Shown: one piece after another, positions 31,663-40,343 of the stretch
How positions within the stretch are numbered: position 1 is the stretch's first letter
How the letters are laid out: every line of letters starts with the position of its first letter
DNA from: an uncultured Akkermansia sp.
GTDB taxonomy: Bacteria; Verrucomicrobiota; Verrucomicrobiia; Verrucomicrobiales; Akkermansiaceae
Direction of reading: 5' to 3'
NCBI GenBank assembly: GCA_947630815.1
Contig: CANRJD010000001.1
Span: forward strand, 34,127 to 98,126
Length of the DNA stretch: 64,000 nucleotides
Notes under the pieces: model-generated
What the model was told of the DNA's origin: nothing
The model's input: only the letters and a program-made list of their open reading frames with translations
The model's database searches: none
Translations under genes and position numbers: made by a program

Positions 31663-31968
31663 TCAGTAAGTTTCCTCCAGCACCCGAGCCATTTCCTCCG
31701 GGGGCATATTCAACGCGCGGAACAAGCGGGTGCGCATCATGCGCGTGATGCCCAATGCCTGCATTGCGGCCTTCACGGAAAGGAACACGCCGTTATGAAG
31801 CATGCGCTCTACCATAAGGGCGTTTGCAAGGTGAACGGCCCGTTTAGAGGGCCTGTGGCCCTTTTTGAGTACGGGTGCCGGGTTCCCGGGGGCGCAGGGG
31901 CGAAGCACCTTGCCGCCCTTGGCATTGAGCCCCAGCGAAAAGCTCATTGTATCCGTGGTGATGGACAT
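31663..31968 (-). CDS. Small HTH-like protein downstream of the serine recombinase
   Basis: LANAL...L.NG...SV...M..LGIT pattern; overlaps the recombinase end. Confidence 0.55.
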   Translation of the reverse strand: MSITTDTMSFSLGLNAKGGKVLRPCAPGNPAPVLKKGHRPSKRAVHLANALMVERMLHNGVFLSVKAAMQALGITRMMRTRLFRALNMPPEEMARVLEETY

Positions 31969-33239
31969 GCCGTGTATCGGTTCAGTTTCAGGCTCTGGGC
32001 ATCGGCATCATAAGTGATGCTCTCATACAGAGCGTGGAAGATTGTATCTAGCGCGGAATCCGACATACGGCCCACCAGTCCCTCAATATTGGCGAGAGCC
32101 TCGCTGATATCCCCGCGCTCAATGTGAGGCAGCTTCTGCTGCAGCACTGCGAGCACGTCCTTATCTCTGGCTAGGGTAGCCAGATGGAGGGCGACGGCCT
32201 TTTCTACCGTCTCGGCGGAGAAGCCGGTGAAAGCGCACTCGCCCGGCTTCTTCTTATGGGTGCCGCAAACATAGTACCGGCGGATTGTGCCCCGGCGGTT
32301 ATTATAAACCGAATACAGCACGCGGCCGCAATCCGGGCAACACAGGATGCCACGCAGAGGGTACACCAAGGAATCATGTAAATCTGTGCGGAGCTGCTTG
32401 GTGCCCTGTGCTGCCATCACTTTGTTGGCCTTATTCCAGAGGGTCTCTGTGACCAAGGCCTCATGCTTGCCCGGGTACTCCTCCCCCTTGCTGGTGATAA
32501 CCCCGATGTACAAGCGGTTGCGTATGATGCGGCGCACCGCCTCAGAGTTCCACGCTTTGGGTTCAGTCTGGGCCCCGCGAGTGCGCTGCATGGCTGCACC
32601 GGTATCGTTGAGCCACTTTGCTACTTCACCCGGGTGTTCACCCGCGGCAACCTTAGCGAACATCGAGCGCACGGCCTCTCCCTCGGTGGGGTCAATGTGA
32701 AGGAAGCGGCGGTCATCCAACACGTACCCATACGGCGGACGGCCTGCATTCCACATGCCTTGCTGTGCCAATGCTGCGGCCTTGTGCGAGATACGCTCGC
32801 GGGTCATGTCGCGCTCGAACTCGGCGAAGGATGAAAGCAGATTGATCAACATGCGGCCCACGGGAGTGGAGGTATCCACGTTCTGGGTGACAAGCACCAG
32901 CGATACCCCGAGCTCGTCAAACTCGTGCGTCAGGTTACTGAAATCACGCAGGGAGCGAGAAAGACGGTCCAGTTTGTAGGATACAACCACGTCTATCTTG
33001 CCGTCGCGGGCATCCTGCAGCAGGCGCTGCATCTCCGGGCGGTCCATGGTACCACCGGACACGGCCACATCCGAGTAGGTGTCCGCGTGCACCCAGCCTT
33101 GGGCTGCGTGTGCGACAATATGCTTGATACAGCTATCAATCTGGGCATCAATGGAAGTAAAGGCCTGCTGCATGCCGAAGTCGGTGGACTTGCGGGCGTA
33201 AACCGCGCAGCGCTTGTACGCAAGTGGAGAATCGGTCAT
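31944..33239 (-). CDS. Large serine recombinase (integrase)
   Basis: YARKST catalytic Ser, DVAVSG, LDRLSR, PPYGY, zinc ribbon CPDCG...YYVC...C. Confidence 0.93.
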   Translation of the reverse strand: MTDSPLAYKRCAVYARKSTDFGMQQAFTSIDAQIDSCIKHIVAHAAQGWVHADTYSDVAVSGGTMDRPEMQRLLQDARDGKIDVVVSYKLDRLSRSLRDFSNLTHEFDELGVSLVLVTQNVDTSTPVGRMLINLLSSFAEFERDMTRERISHKAAALAQQGMWNAGRPPYGYVLDDRRFLHIDPTEGEAVRSMFAKVAAGEHPGEVAKWLNDTGAAMQRTRGAQTEPKAWNSEAVRRIIRNRLYIGVITSKGEEYPGKHEALVTETLWNKANKVMAAQGTKQLRTDLHDSLVYPLRGILCCPDCGRVLYSVYNNRRGTIRRYYVCGTHKKKPGECAFTGFSAETVEKAVALHLATLARDKDVLAVLQQKLPHIERGDISEALANIEGLVGRMSDSALDTIFHALYESITYDADAQSLKLNRYTACPSPRIQ

Positions 33240-33784
33240 TTTGTAGAAAAGGAAGTGTTTGTGGAAAAGAAACGGTTGCCGGAGATACGGAACCCTGCGA
33301 TTTCACGGGCCACGGCGGTGAGTGATTTGTAGGTGGCGCCGTCGTATGCGAAGCGGCCACCGTCTAGGGCGTACACCGTGTATATACGCCCATTAAACGC
33401 TTTCTGGGCAAAGGCACCTGGAGTGGCAAGGCGTGCCGTGGGTGAGGCGGAATCTACGGTTTCCGCCTTTGGCGCTGCCGGGATGATTTGCTCCTGTACC
33501 TTGGGGCTCTGGCAGCGCACATAAGGGGAACGCTCGCGCAGATGAGTGAGGTCGGCCAGCTGCTCCGCTTTGGTGACGGCCGAGGCTGCCAGTCCGCCGT
33601 AACACAGGCATCGCAGTCGCCATGCGATACGGCGACGCAGCAGAGCGTAATTATGCGAGTAACATGCGGTTCCCCACACGCGGCCCCATTCCTCCCTGAG
33701 TTCTCGGGGGCTCATGGAGCTGAGGGCCGCTATGCGCAGCTCCAGCTCCTTTTCCGTGATACATGGCTTGATGGTGTACGGCAT
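33236..33784 (-). CDS. DUF2924-family protein
   Basis: ELREEW...LRRRIAWRL...GGL...YKSLTAVAREIAG..ISGNRFF. Confidence 0.85.
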   Translation of the reverse strand: MPYTIKPCITEKELELRIAALSSMSPRELREEWGRVWGTACYSHNYALLRRRIAWRLRCLCYGGLAASAVTKAEQLADLTHLRERSPYVRCQSPKVQEQIIPAAPKAETVDSASPTARLATPGAFAQKAFNGRIYTVYALDGGRFAYDGATYKSLTAVAREIAGFRISGNRFFSTNTSFSTK

Positions 33785-33801
33785 ATCTTCGGGGCGTATG
33801 T

Positions 33802-34476
33802 TTAGGCATCCATCTCGGCGGCTTCACCGGCGTCGGCCACAATCTTGGCGTCGGGCATCACCTCCTGAGCGGGGATGCGCTTGCCGGCGACACCGAAGAA
33901 CTTACGACCGGAAATGTTCTTGTAGCCGGTGATGGCGCGGGCGGCGTGTGTCAGGGAGCGGAACTCTGTACCAAGCTCGCCCATATCGATGTCCATGGAA
34001 ACAGAACCGTCCTCATTCACGATAGCCGTGTAAAGCTGGCCCTTATAGATTTTCTGGAGCTTGGTACCACCCTCGGGCAGCGGGGTGAACATGCCGAAGA
34101 TACCAGTGAGGGACTTGGGGGCACAGGACTTGCGCTGCTTGGCGGGTCCCTGCTGCTCTGCTCCGTCGGGGGCCTCTGCTACTTCAACACCGGGCTGCAG
34201 CTCGGTTTGATTCTCCCACGGAGCGGTGTCCATCACGAACTGGAGGGCGGCATTGCTGAGGGTGGCGGCTAGGTGAGAGTTGCCGTCTTCGTCCACGGTG
34301 TTGTGGGTTTCAACGAGGCCCTTCTTTTTGAGGACGGTGAGGAGGCCCTTCTGCTGAGCGGTGAGCGGCGTGGGGAGAAGCACCTCATTGCCCGGAACCT
34401 CATTCATGTGAACGATGGTCTGAAGGAAAGAAGCGGCAGTGGAGCTGATGGTGTTTTTGATGTCGATATTATTCAT
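33802..34476 (-). CDS. Protein with a C-terminal DUF2924-like domain
   Basis: GTKLQKIYKGQ...FRSLTHAARAITG..NISGRKFFG. Confidence 0.7.
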   Translation of the reverse strand: MNNIDIKNTISSTAASFLQTIVHMNEVPGNEVLLPTPLTAQQKGLLTVLKKKGLVETHNTVDEDGNSHLAATLSNAALQFVMDTAPWENQTELQPGVEVAEAPDGAEQQGPAKQRKSCAPKSLTGIFGMFTPLPEGGTKLQKIYKGQLYTAIVNEDGSVSMDIDMGELGTEFRSLTHAARAITGYKNISGRKFFGVAGKRIPAQEVMPDAKIVADAGEAAEMDA

Positions 34477-34567
34477 TGTGAGTTGTTTAGGTTGTTATCT
34501 AAACCTGCGCCCACTTTACTCTTGGTCTCCGTGTGCAGCAAGCTTTTTCAGCAAGTTTTTTCTGTCT

Positions 34568-34756
34568 TTATTTGTTCATTTTCAGAACTTTGCGATTATT
34601 AGTGTGTTGCAGGGGCAAAAAAATTGAGGTAGGATCGCTTAATTTTGCTTTTTCGCGGCTGACATCGCTACAAATGCTGGCCAAAATGGCCGGAGCAAGC
34701 ACATCGCAGATCGCTTCTATACGTTGCTGATAAGTGATTTTTGGTTCCTTCTTCAT
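34568..34756 (-). CDS. Small hypothetical protein
   Basis: Co-directional short ORF filling an operon gap. Confidence 0.4.
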   Translation of the reverse strand: MKKEPKITYQQRIEAICDVLAPAILASICSDVSREKAKLSDPTSIFLPLQHTNNRKVLKMNK

Positions 34757-34769
34757 CTCATTAGCGAAT

Positions 34770-34807
34770 GGCCCGTACTCTGAAGCCGAAGCCGCAGAGT
34801 ACGGGCC
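34770..34807. terminator. 13-bp perfect hairpin
   Basis: ggcccgtactctg/cagagtacgggcc; no clear U tract. Confidence 0.5.
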
Positions 34808-34814
34808 GGGTTAA

Positions 34815-35513
34815 TCACAGCATATCAGAGACAAACTGGATGAACTCTGCATCATGATTGCCCGCATTACGCAGCACCGGTATTGATACCGTTACCGTGC
34901 TCTTGTTCGGCAAGGTCACGCTAACGGTAGACAGCAGCCACTTGGTCGCACTGAGCGGCTTACCGCTGTGAGCCAACTGGGCAATGGCCGTCAGCAAGGA
35001 ACGGCCCGCGCGCTTGAAGGCCATACCGCGGATGGTCCACATGGCCATGGCATAGTCGCTGTCCTTGAAGCCGTAGGGGAACTCGCCAGCTACACCGTCG
35101 GGGCGCTTCACTAAGACTTGGCACTGGAGCACCGTCTGATACGAGGGGCGCTTATTGTTAATCCATTCCAGCGTGCCACCGGCGGCGATGACATCTTCCA
35201 GCTTATCAAACATCAGCGGACGCTGCTCGGAGCCGTAGGGGAGGTCCTCTACATAGAACTTGCGGCAGCGCAGGACGGTGATCTCCAGAGGAGTGCTGCC
35301 CTCGGACAGCAGGGTCTCTTTATTCAGCACGATATTACCCGGGCGGAAGGTGTAAGCAAGACTGCCTACGCCCTGAGCCACGGACAGTGTGGGAATACGG
35401 AGCTCCGACCGGAGGATTTCGCCCTCGAATCCGCCGGTGGCACCGGCGGTGGTGATGGAGGTGATTTCGGAGGGCTCATCAGAGCCCATGAACGGCTTAA
35501 TAGTATCACTCAT
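34815..35513 (-). CDS. Phage protein, possible ssDNA-binding protein
   Basis: LRIPTLSVAQG motif and position in the replication cluster. Confidence 0.5.
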   Translation of the reverse strand: MSDTIKPFMGSDEPSEITSITTAGATGGFEGEILRSELRIPTLSVAQGVGSLAYTFRPGNIVLNKETLLSEGSTPLEITVLRCRKFYVEDLPYGSEQRPLMFDKLEDVIAAGGTLEWINNKRPSYQTVLQCQVLVKRPDGVAGEFPYGFKDSDYAMAMWTIRGMAFKRAGRSLLTAIAQLAHSGKPLSATKWLLSTVSVTLPNKSTVTVSIPVLRNAGNHDAEFIQFVSDML

Positions 35514-35531
35514 GTTTTTAGTCTATTATGG

Positions 35532-36650
35532 TTAATAGTTTTTGCGGATTGTCCCCTTTCGCTCGCCTGGGCGCACCAGATTGCGCTCGGTAAGCCAGCA
35601 GGAGAGAGCTGTTTTCATGCTGCCTTTGAAGCCGTGCTTGGCCTTGGCAACAAAGAAATCTTCTAGTTTGCCGATGTCGACGGCGGTGCACGCGGTGATG
35701 AAGTCCTCGGGCGTAATGCTTGGGAGGTCGCCACCGGTCCACGACTCGTCATCGGGGGCAGAAGTTTCACTATGTGGCAGCGCGTCAAAAATGGCTGCCG
35801 GTTGGGCCACGACACCCGAGTTTGTCGCGTATCCGAGGTGATAGCCGGGAATATCATGACCGGACAGGGTCATTTGCGTTGCCGTGTTGCGTACAGCATC
35901 GCACCAAGGCTGAACGATGGCCGCGACATCCAGCATGCGGGACATGAGGCCCGGTGTGGGGGTGTCGCTGTTCTGCACCACATCGGGGATGCTGGTACCA
36001 GCGCACTTGCGGGCGAGAGGCAGGACCTTGTTAATCAGGCCCGGACACGTGGCCTGTTTGCGGCAATATCTGCACCCCTCAAAGGGAATGCAGGGGCGCT
36101 TACCTCCGCGCATGCTGGCGCGGGCGATAATGGTCCGGATTCGCAGGTCCAAGTTGGCGAAGTCCCCCTCGCGGGTGAAGGTGTGCTTCTGAATGTACCT
36201 TTGACGAGGCTGGCAAATTGAGGCCTCCACGGTGTTGACCTGAGGGAAGTGCTCGAATACGCCCAGCGTATAAGCTGCCACCTGTGCGTTATCCTCGGGG
36301 GCGGTAACCCGGGAGCGGTCCATCTTCCAGTTGACCAAGGCGGCGCGGTCGCCATCTACGGCCAAGAAGTCAGCGGTGCCGTGTGTCAGGCCGTCTGTAA
36401 TTTCCAGCTTGATCCCATGAAAGACCTGTGGTGATTGCATAGTGGCCAGAATGGCATCGCGGTGCTGGAGGCAGAAGATCACACAGGCGGCCTGTGCATT
36501 GGGCAGGCCTTGGGTGCTGCCATTTTCAACGCACTCGCGGAGTTTGGTGGACTCATCAGCCTGAGCGTTGCTACCGGGGCGTGAGGAGAAGCTGGGGCAC
36601 ACCTCACGGTATGCGAGTGAGCCGGGAGAGAAGCGCGCATGCTTAGCCAT
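35532..36650 (-). CDS. Cas4-like/DUF2800 PD-(D/E)XK exonuclease-family protein
   Basis: HARFSPGSL...CP, GTAD, Q..AY, CRYC-x5-CP Fe-S staple. Confidence 0.75.
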   Translation of the reverse strand: MAKHARFSPGSLAYREVCPSFSSRPGSNAQADESTKLRECVENGSTQGLPNAQAACVIFCLQHRDAILATMQSPQVFHGIKLEITDGLTHGTADFLAVDGDRAALVNWKMDRSRVTAPEDNAQVAAYTLGVFEHFPQVNTVEASICQPRQRYIQKHTFTREGDFANLDLRIRTIIARASMRGGKRPCIPFEGCRYCRKQATCPGLINKVLPLARKCAGTSIPDVVQNSDTPTPGLMSRMLDVAAIVQPWCDAVRNTATQMTLSGHDIPGYHLGYATNSGVVAQPAAIFDALPHSETSAPDDESWTGGDLPSITPEDFITACTAVDIGKLEDFFVAKAKHGFKGSMKTALSCWLTERNLVRPGERKGTIRKNY

Positions 36651-36710
36651 GGCAGTGCTCCTTCCTATGTGCGGCCGGAACCGCGTTCGATTCTATTTTT
36701 CGTTTGTTCA

Positions 36711-38072
36711 TTATCGGATTTCGTTGATGAATGAGGGGGTAAGGTCGCCGTCGGTGATGAGGGCAATATTGGCGCACTTGGCGGCCACGCGCTCGCATGT
36801 GTCGGCCTCGCATGTGCCGTCGGCGAATACCACGAGCTGGCGGGATGAGGCGCCGTGTGTGCGGTGTACACGGCCAAGGGCCTGTGTCAAATCAATGGCC
36901 GAGAACGTGGGGCTAATGAGAGCTAGACGGGGTTTCTGCCCAGTAGGGTCATGCAGCGATACGCCCACGCCGCCAGCGGCAATGTTGCAGATAACGAGGG
37001 GGATGCTGTTAGTCTGGAAGGCATCCACAATGCGCTGGCGCTCGGCCTCACCCTGCCCGCCGGTGATAACGGCATTGCATTTCAGCCGCTCACACAGGGC
37101 CTCCACCGTGTCCTTGAAGTTCACGAAGATGGCTACGCTTTCGCCCTGGGTCATAGCATCCTCTGCCAGTTCGGCAAGAACGGCCACCTTGCACATTTCC
37201 ACGGCGGCACGCGCCCGGAGAATGATGGTCATCTGCGTGGCTATTTTGGCGTCCAGCTTTTCGGCTAAGTCATCGAGCTTCTTCGTATCGTCGGCACGGG
37301 TGGCGAGCCTCAGCTCCTGAGCCATGCGGGAGTAAATAGACTGAATTTTGGAGGCATTACCGGTGTCAACGGCACGGGCCTCCACGCGGGTTTTGGGGAA
37401 CTCCGGGATATCGTCGAGCGTCAGGCGTGACCCCTTGGCCGGGAATATGGCATCATGCAGGCGGCGCAGTTCATCCTCACCACCGTAGAACTTCCAGCCG
37501 TATTGGCCGCGCCTGCAGCCATGGTTAGCGGCCCAAGTCCAGAACATGCCCTCCGGGAACAGGCGCAAGGCCGCACCGATGGCGAAGCAATCCATGGGGG
37601 AGATAAACGGGGTGGCCGAGCAAAGCAGAGTCTTAATGCCCTGACGAGCGGCGGCCGTCAGTAACTGGGCATTGGTGGTGCCGTAGTTGCGGCAGCGGTG
37701 AACCTCATCGAAGACGAGGAGGGTATCAGGGGCAAGTGACCAGCGGAAGCGCACCTTCGTCTTACCCGAGAACGTCTTGAAGGAACTCTTGGCGCACAGG
37801 GGGTGTTTACCGGTGCGGATGTTTTCGTAGTTGGTAATCAGGGCTACATCCACGCCAAAGGCGGCCGCAACCCTGCACCATGCAGGCAGCGTCGCTTTGG
37901 GTGCGATTACGGCCAGCTTAAGGTCCAAGCGCGCGGCGGTGTCGCACGCCACGTAAGTTTTACCTGCGCCGGGCACGCTGGCATCCAGAGCGCAGCCGTA
38001 CCGCAGCAGGCTACTGCGGAGCCGTGCCGCGTGTTGTTCCTGCGAGGGAAGGAGTTTGAGTGCATCGTTCAT
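36711..38072 (-). CDS. SF2 (SNF2-like) helicase
   Basis: PGAGKT, DEVH, SATP, QALGRVHR. Confidence 0.88.
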   Translation of the reverse strand: MNDALKLLPSQEQHAARLRSSLLRYGCALDASVPGAGKTYVACDTAARLDLKLAVIAPKATLPAWCRVAAAFGVDVALITNYENIRTGKHPLCAKSSFKTFSGKTKVRFRWSLAPDTLLVFDEVHRCRNYGTTNAQLLTAAARQGIKTLLCSATPFISPMDCFAIGAALRLFPEGMFWTWAANHGCRRGQYGWKFYGGEDELRRLHDAIFPAKGSRLTLDDIPEFPKTRVEARAVDTGNASKIQSIYSRMAQELRLATRADDTKKLDDLAEKLDAKIATQMTIILRARAAVEMCKVAVLAELAEDAMTQGESVAIFVNFKDTVEALCERLKCNAVITGGQGEAERQRIVDAFQTNSIPLVICNIAAGGVGVSLHDPTGQKPRLALISPTFSAIDLTQALGRVHRTHGASSRQLVVFADGTCEADTCERVAAKCANIALITDGDLTPSFINEIR

Positions 38073-38182
38073 ACACCCAACAAGGGGCATGAAAAAAGCA
38101 AACTCTCCGACTTTTTTGCATTTTTTCGGTTTTTTTGAGAAAAATCGGAGACTTTTGAAATTTGGTGCCCCTTGTTTTGTGT
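38073..38182. promoter_or_regulatory. Dyad-symmetric divergent control region
   Basis: Three nested inverted repeats share the centre 38127/38128. Confidence 0.65.
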
Positions 38183-38214
38183 GGGTCACATGTAACAAGC
38201 CCCGTTAAGAAGAC

Positions 38215-38550
38215 ATGAAAAATCAGCATTACATCAAAGCAATAATCGAGCTCATGGCTAAGGCCGAGAGCCGCCGCAATATGTGGGAGAACATGGAGCA
38301 CTTCTTTGGCGACAATGGGCTCGTTGAACACGCCAGGCTCAGAGAAGTATGCTCTGAGGGTGCAGCGCTCATGCTGGATATTATTCGGCAGTATTTCGAG
38401 GTCGGGTTATTCGACATGCTCGATCACAGAGCGTCAGCAGAGGAGATTCTGATGGAAGTTCGCGCCTTAGAGGAGAAGGCGGAAGAACTGAGGCAGCGCT
38501 TCGAAGCCGAGCTGCGCCCCCAAATCACCAGCGGAAAGGAGATGCGCTAA
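38215..38550 (+). CDS. Hypothetical phage protein
   Basis: TAATG coupling to the polymerase gene. Confidence 0.65.
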   Translation: MKNQHYIKAIIELMAKAESRRNMWENMEHFFGDNGLVEHARLREVCSEGAALMLDIIRQYFEVGLFDMLDHRASAEEILMEVRALEEKAEELRQRFEAELRPQITSGKEMR

Positions 38551-40343
38551 TGAGCCGTCGCACTTATGCCCTTGACTTCGAGACCTACTACGACAGGGAG
38601 GTCTCCATTACCACGCTGGGAACGTACGGCTACCTCCACCACCCTCATTGCCACGTGTATATGGTGGCGGTGATGGAGTTGGAGTCGCCGGGGTACGAAT
38701 GGGAGCCCAGAGTCGACAAGGAGGCGTTCAGCTACTGCGGTGAGCCTGAGAATATGCCGTGGGAAACACTACGTGGAGCATGCGTAGTGGCCCACAACGC
38801 CAGCTTTGACGAGGCCGTCTTCGAACGGCTCGTCGAGCAAGGTAAAGCTCCGGCCGACTTGAATCTGGAGTGGTGCTGCACCGCAGACATGGCCGCCTAT
38901 CTGGGAGCCCCGCGCTCCCTCAAGGAGGCGTGCCAACTGCTGCTCGGCAAGTACATCTCCAAAGAGACGCGCGACGAGATGAGAGGCATAACATGGGCCG
39001 AAGCCGTAGATCGCGGCTGGGAACAAAAGCTCAAGGATTACTGCATGTTCGACACCCTCATGTGCGGGCAGCTGTGGAAGGAGTACTCTCATAAGTGGCC
39101 CGAGCACGAGAGGCGCATATCCGCGCACACGCGACGCATGGCCCGCGAGGGTATCCATGTTGACCGGGCAATGCTGGAGGAATCACGCCGAAGGGCCGCA
39201 GCCGTGCTCATTGATGCGCGGGATAGCATACCGTGGGCCGGTAGCGCACCGCTTACCTCACACAAGGCTATTGCCGCCCAGTGCGCCCTTGAGGGCATCC
39301 CCATGCCCAGCAGTCTCGCCAAGGATAATCCGGACACCATCAAATGGATGGAAACGTACGGGGGCGAGCACCCGTGGATACAGGCCATCTATACCCACCG
39401 ATCGGCCAACACGCTACTGGAGAAGCTTAACACCCTGTCTGAGCGCGTGCGGCCTGACGGTGATGCCGAGGTAAACCGTCTTCTGTATTGCGGAGCGGGT
39501 ACCGGGCGCTTCTCTGGCTTCGGCGGCTTCAACATGCAGAACATGTACCGCGGCGAACGATACGGAGTGGACATGCGCCGCATCTTCATACCGCACCCGG
39601 GCAACGTTTTCATCATATCTGATCTTGCTCAGATTGAGGCCCGTGTGGCCCTGTACCTTGCGGGCGATGAAAAGCAGCTCAACCTGCTGCGTGATGGTAC
39701 CAGCATCTACGAAGTGCACGCCCGTGCCACCATGGGGTACACCGGCACCGCCCCCCTCAAGAGCGCTGATCCGGACCTGTACCGGCTCGCCAAGGCCCGC
39801 GTGCTGGGGCTCGGCTATGGATGCGGGGCCGCCAAGTTCATGCTGCTGGCCAAGACCATGGCCGGCGTTGATTTGACACTTAGTCAGGCGAAGGTACAGG
39901 TGGCGGATTTTCGCCGTAAGAACGCGATGCTGGTCAACCTTTGGAGCAATCTGGAGAAGCACTTTAAACGGCACAATGGTCAGGACTTTCATGTGCCGCT
40001 GTACAGCGGGCGCGAGCTCATATACCGCGATATTCACCCCTTTGCCGGGGAGTGGAGGGCAACGGTGCAAGGACGCGTTTCTGCATACTACGGCGGGAAG
40101 CTCTGCGAAAACGTCACACAGGCCACGGCCCGTGATATTTTCTGCTGCATGTTGCTTGCCCTGGAGGACGCCGGGTATATCTGCCGCTTCCACGTACACG
40201 ACGAGGTGGTGCTGGAGGTGCCCGAGGCCGAGGCGGAATTCGCCGCAAAAGAGGTACAGCAAATCATGAGTACGACCCCGGAGTGGATGCCTAGTTGCCC
40301 GCTCGCCGCCGAAACTATCATATCAACCCATTATTGCAAATGA
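38550..40343 (+). CDS. Phage DNA polymerase, family A, with 3'-5' exonuclease
   Basis: DFETY, AHNASFD, TGRFSG, DLAQIEAR, KARVLGLGYG, HVHDE. Confidence 0.93.
   Translation: MSRRTYALDFETYYDREVSITTLGTYGYLHHPHCHVYMVAVMELESPGYEWEPRVDKEAFSYCGEPENMPWETLRGACVVAHNASFDEAVFERLVEQGKAPADLNLEWCCTADMAAYLGAPRSLKEACQLLLGKYISKETRDEMRGITWAEAVDRGWEQKLKDYCMFDTLMCGQLWKEYSHKWPEHERRISAHTRRMAREGIHVDRAMLEESRRRAAAVLIDARDSIPWAGSAPLTSHKAIAAQCALEGIPMPSSLAKDNPDTIKWMETYGGEHPWIQAIYTHRSANTLLEKLNTLSERVRPDGDAEVNRLLYCGAGTGRFSGFGGFNMQNMYRGERYGVDMRRIFIPHPGNVFIISDLAQIEARVALYLAGDEKQLNLLRDGTSIYEVHARATMGYTGTAPLKSADPDLYRLAKARVLGLGYGCGAAKFMLLAKTMAGVDLTLSQAKVQVADFRRKNAMLVNLWSNLEKHFKRHNGQDFHVPLYSGRELIYRDIHPFAGEWRATVQGRVSAYYGGKLCENVTQATARDIFCCMLLALEDAGYICRFHVHDEVVLEVPEAEAEFAAKEVQQIMSTTPEWMPSCPLAAETIISTHYCK

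Noticed and set aside
35532-36650. CRISPR cas4
   Set aside because: Phage replication context; no cas1 or array
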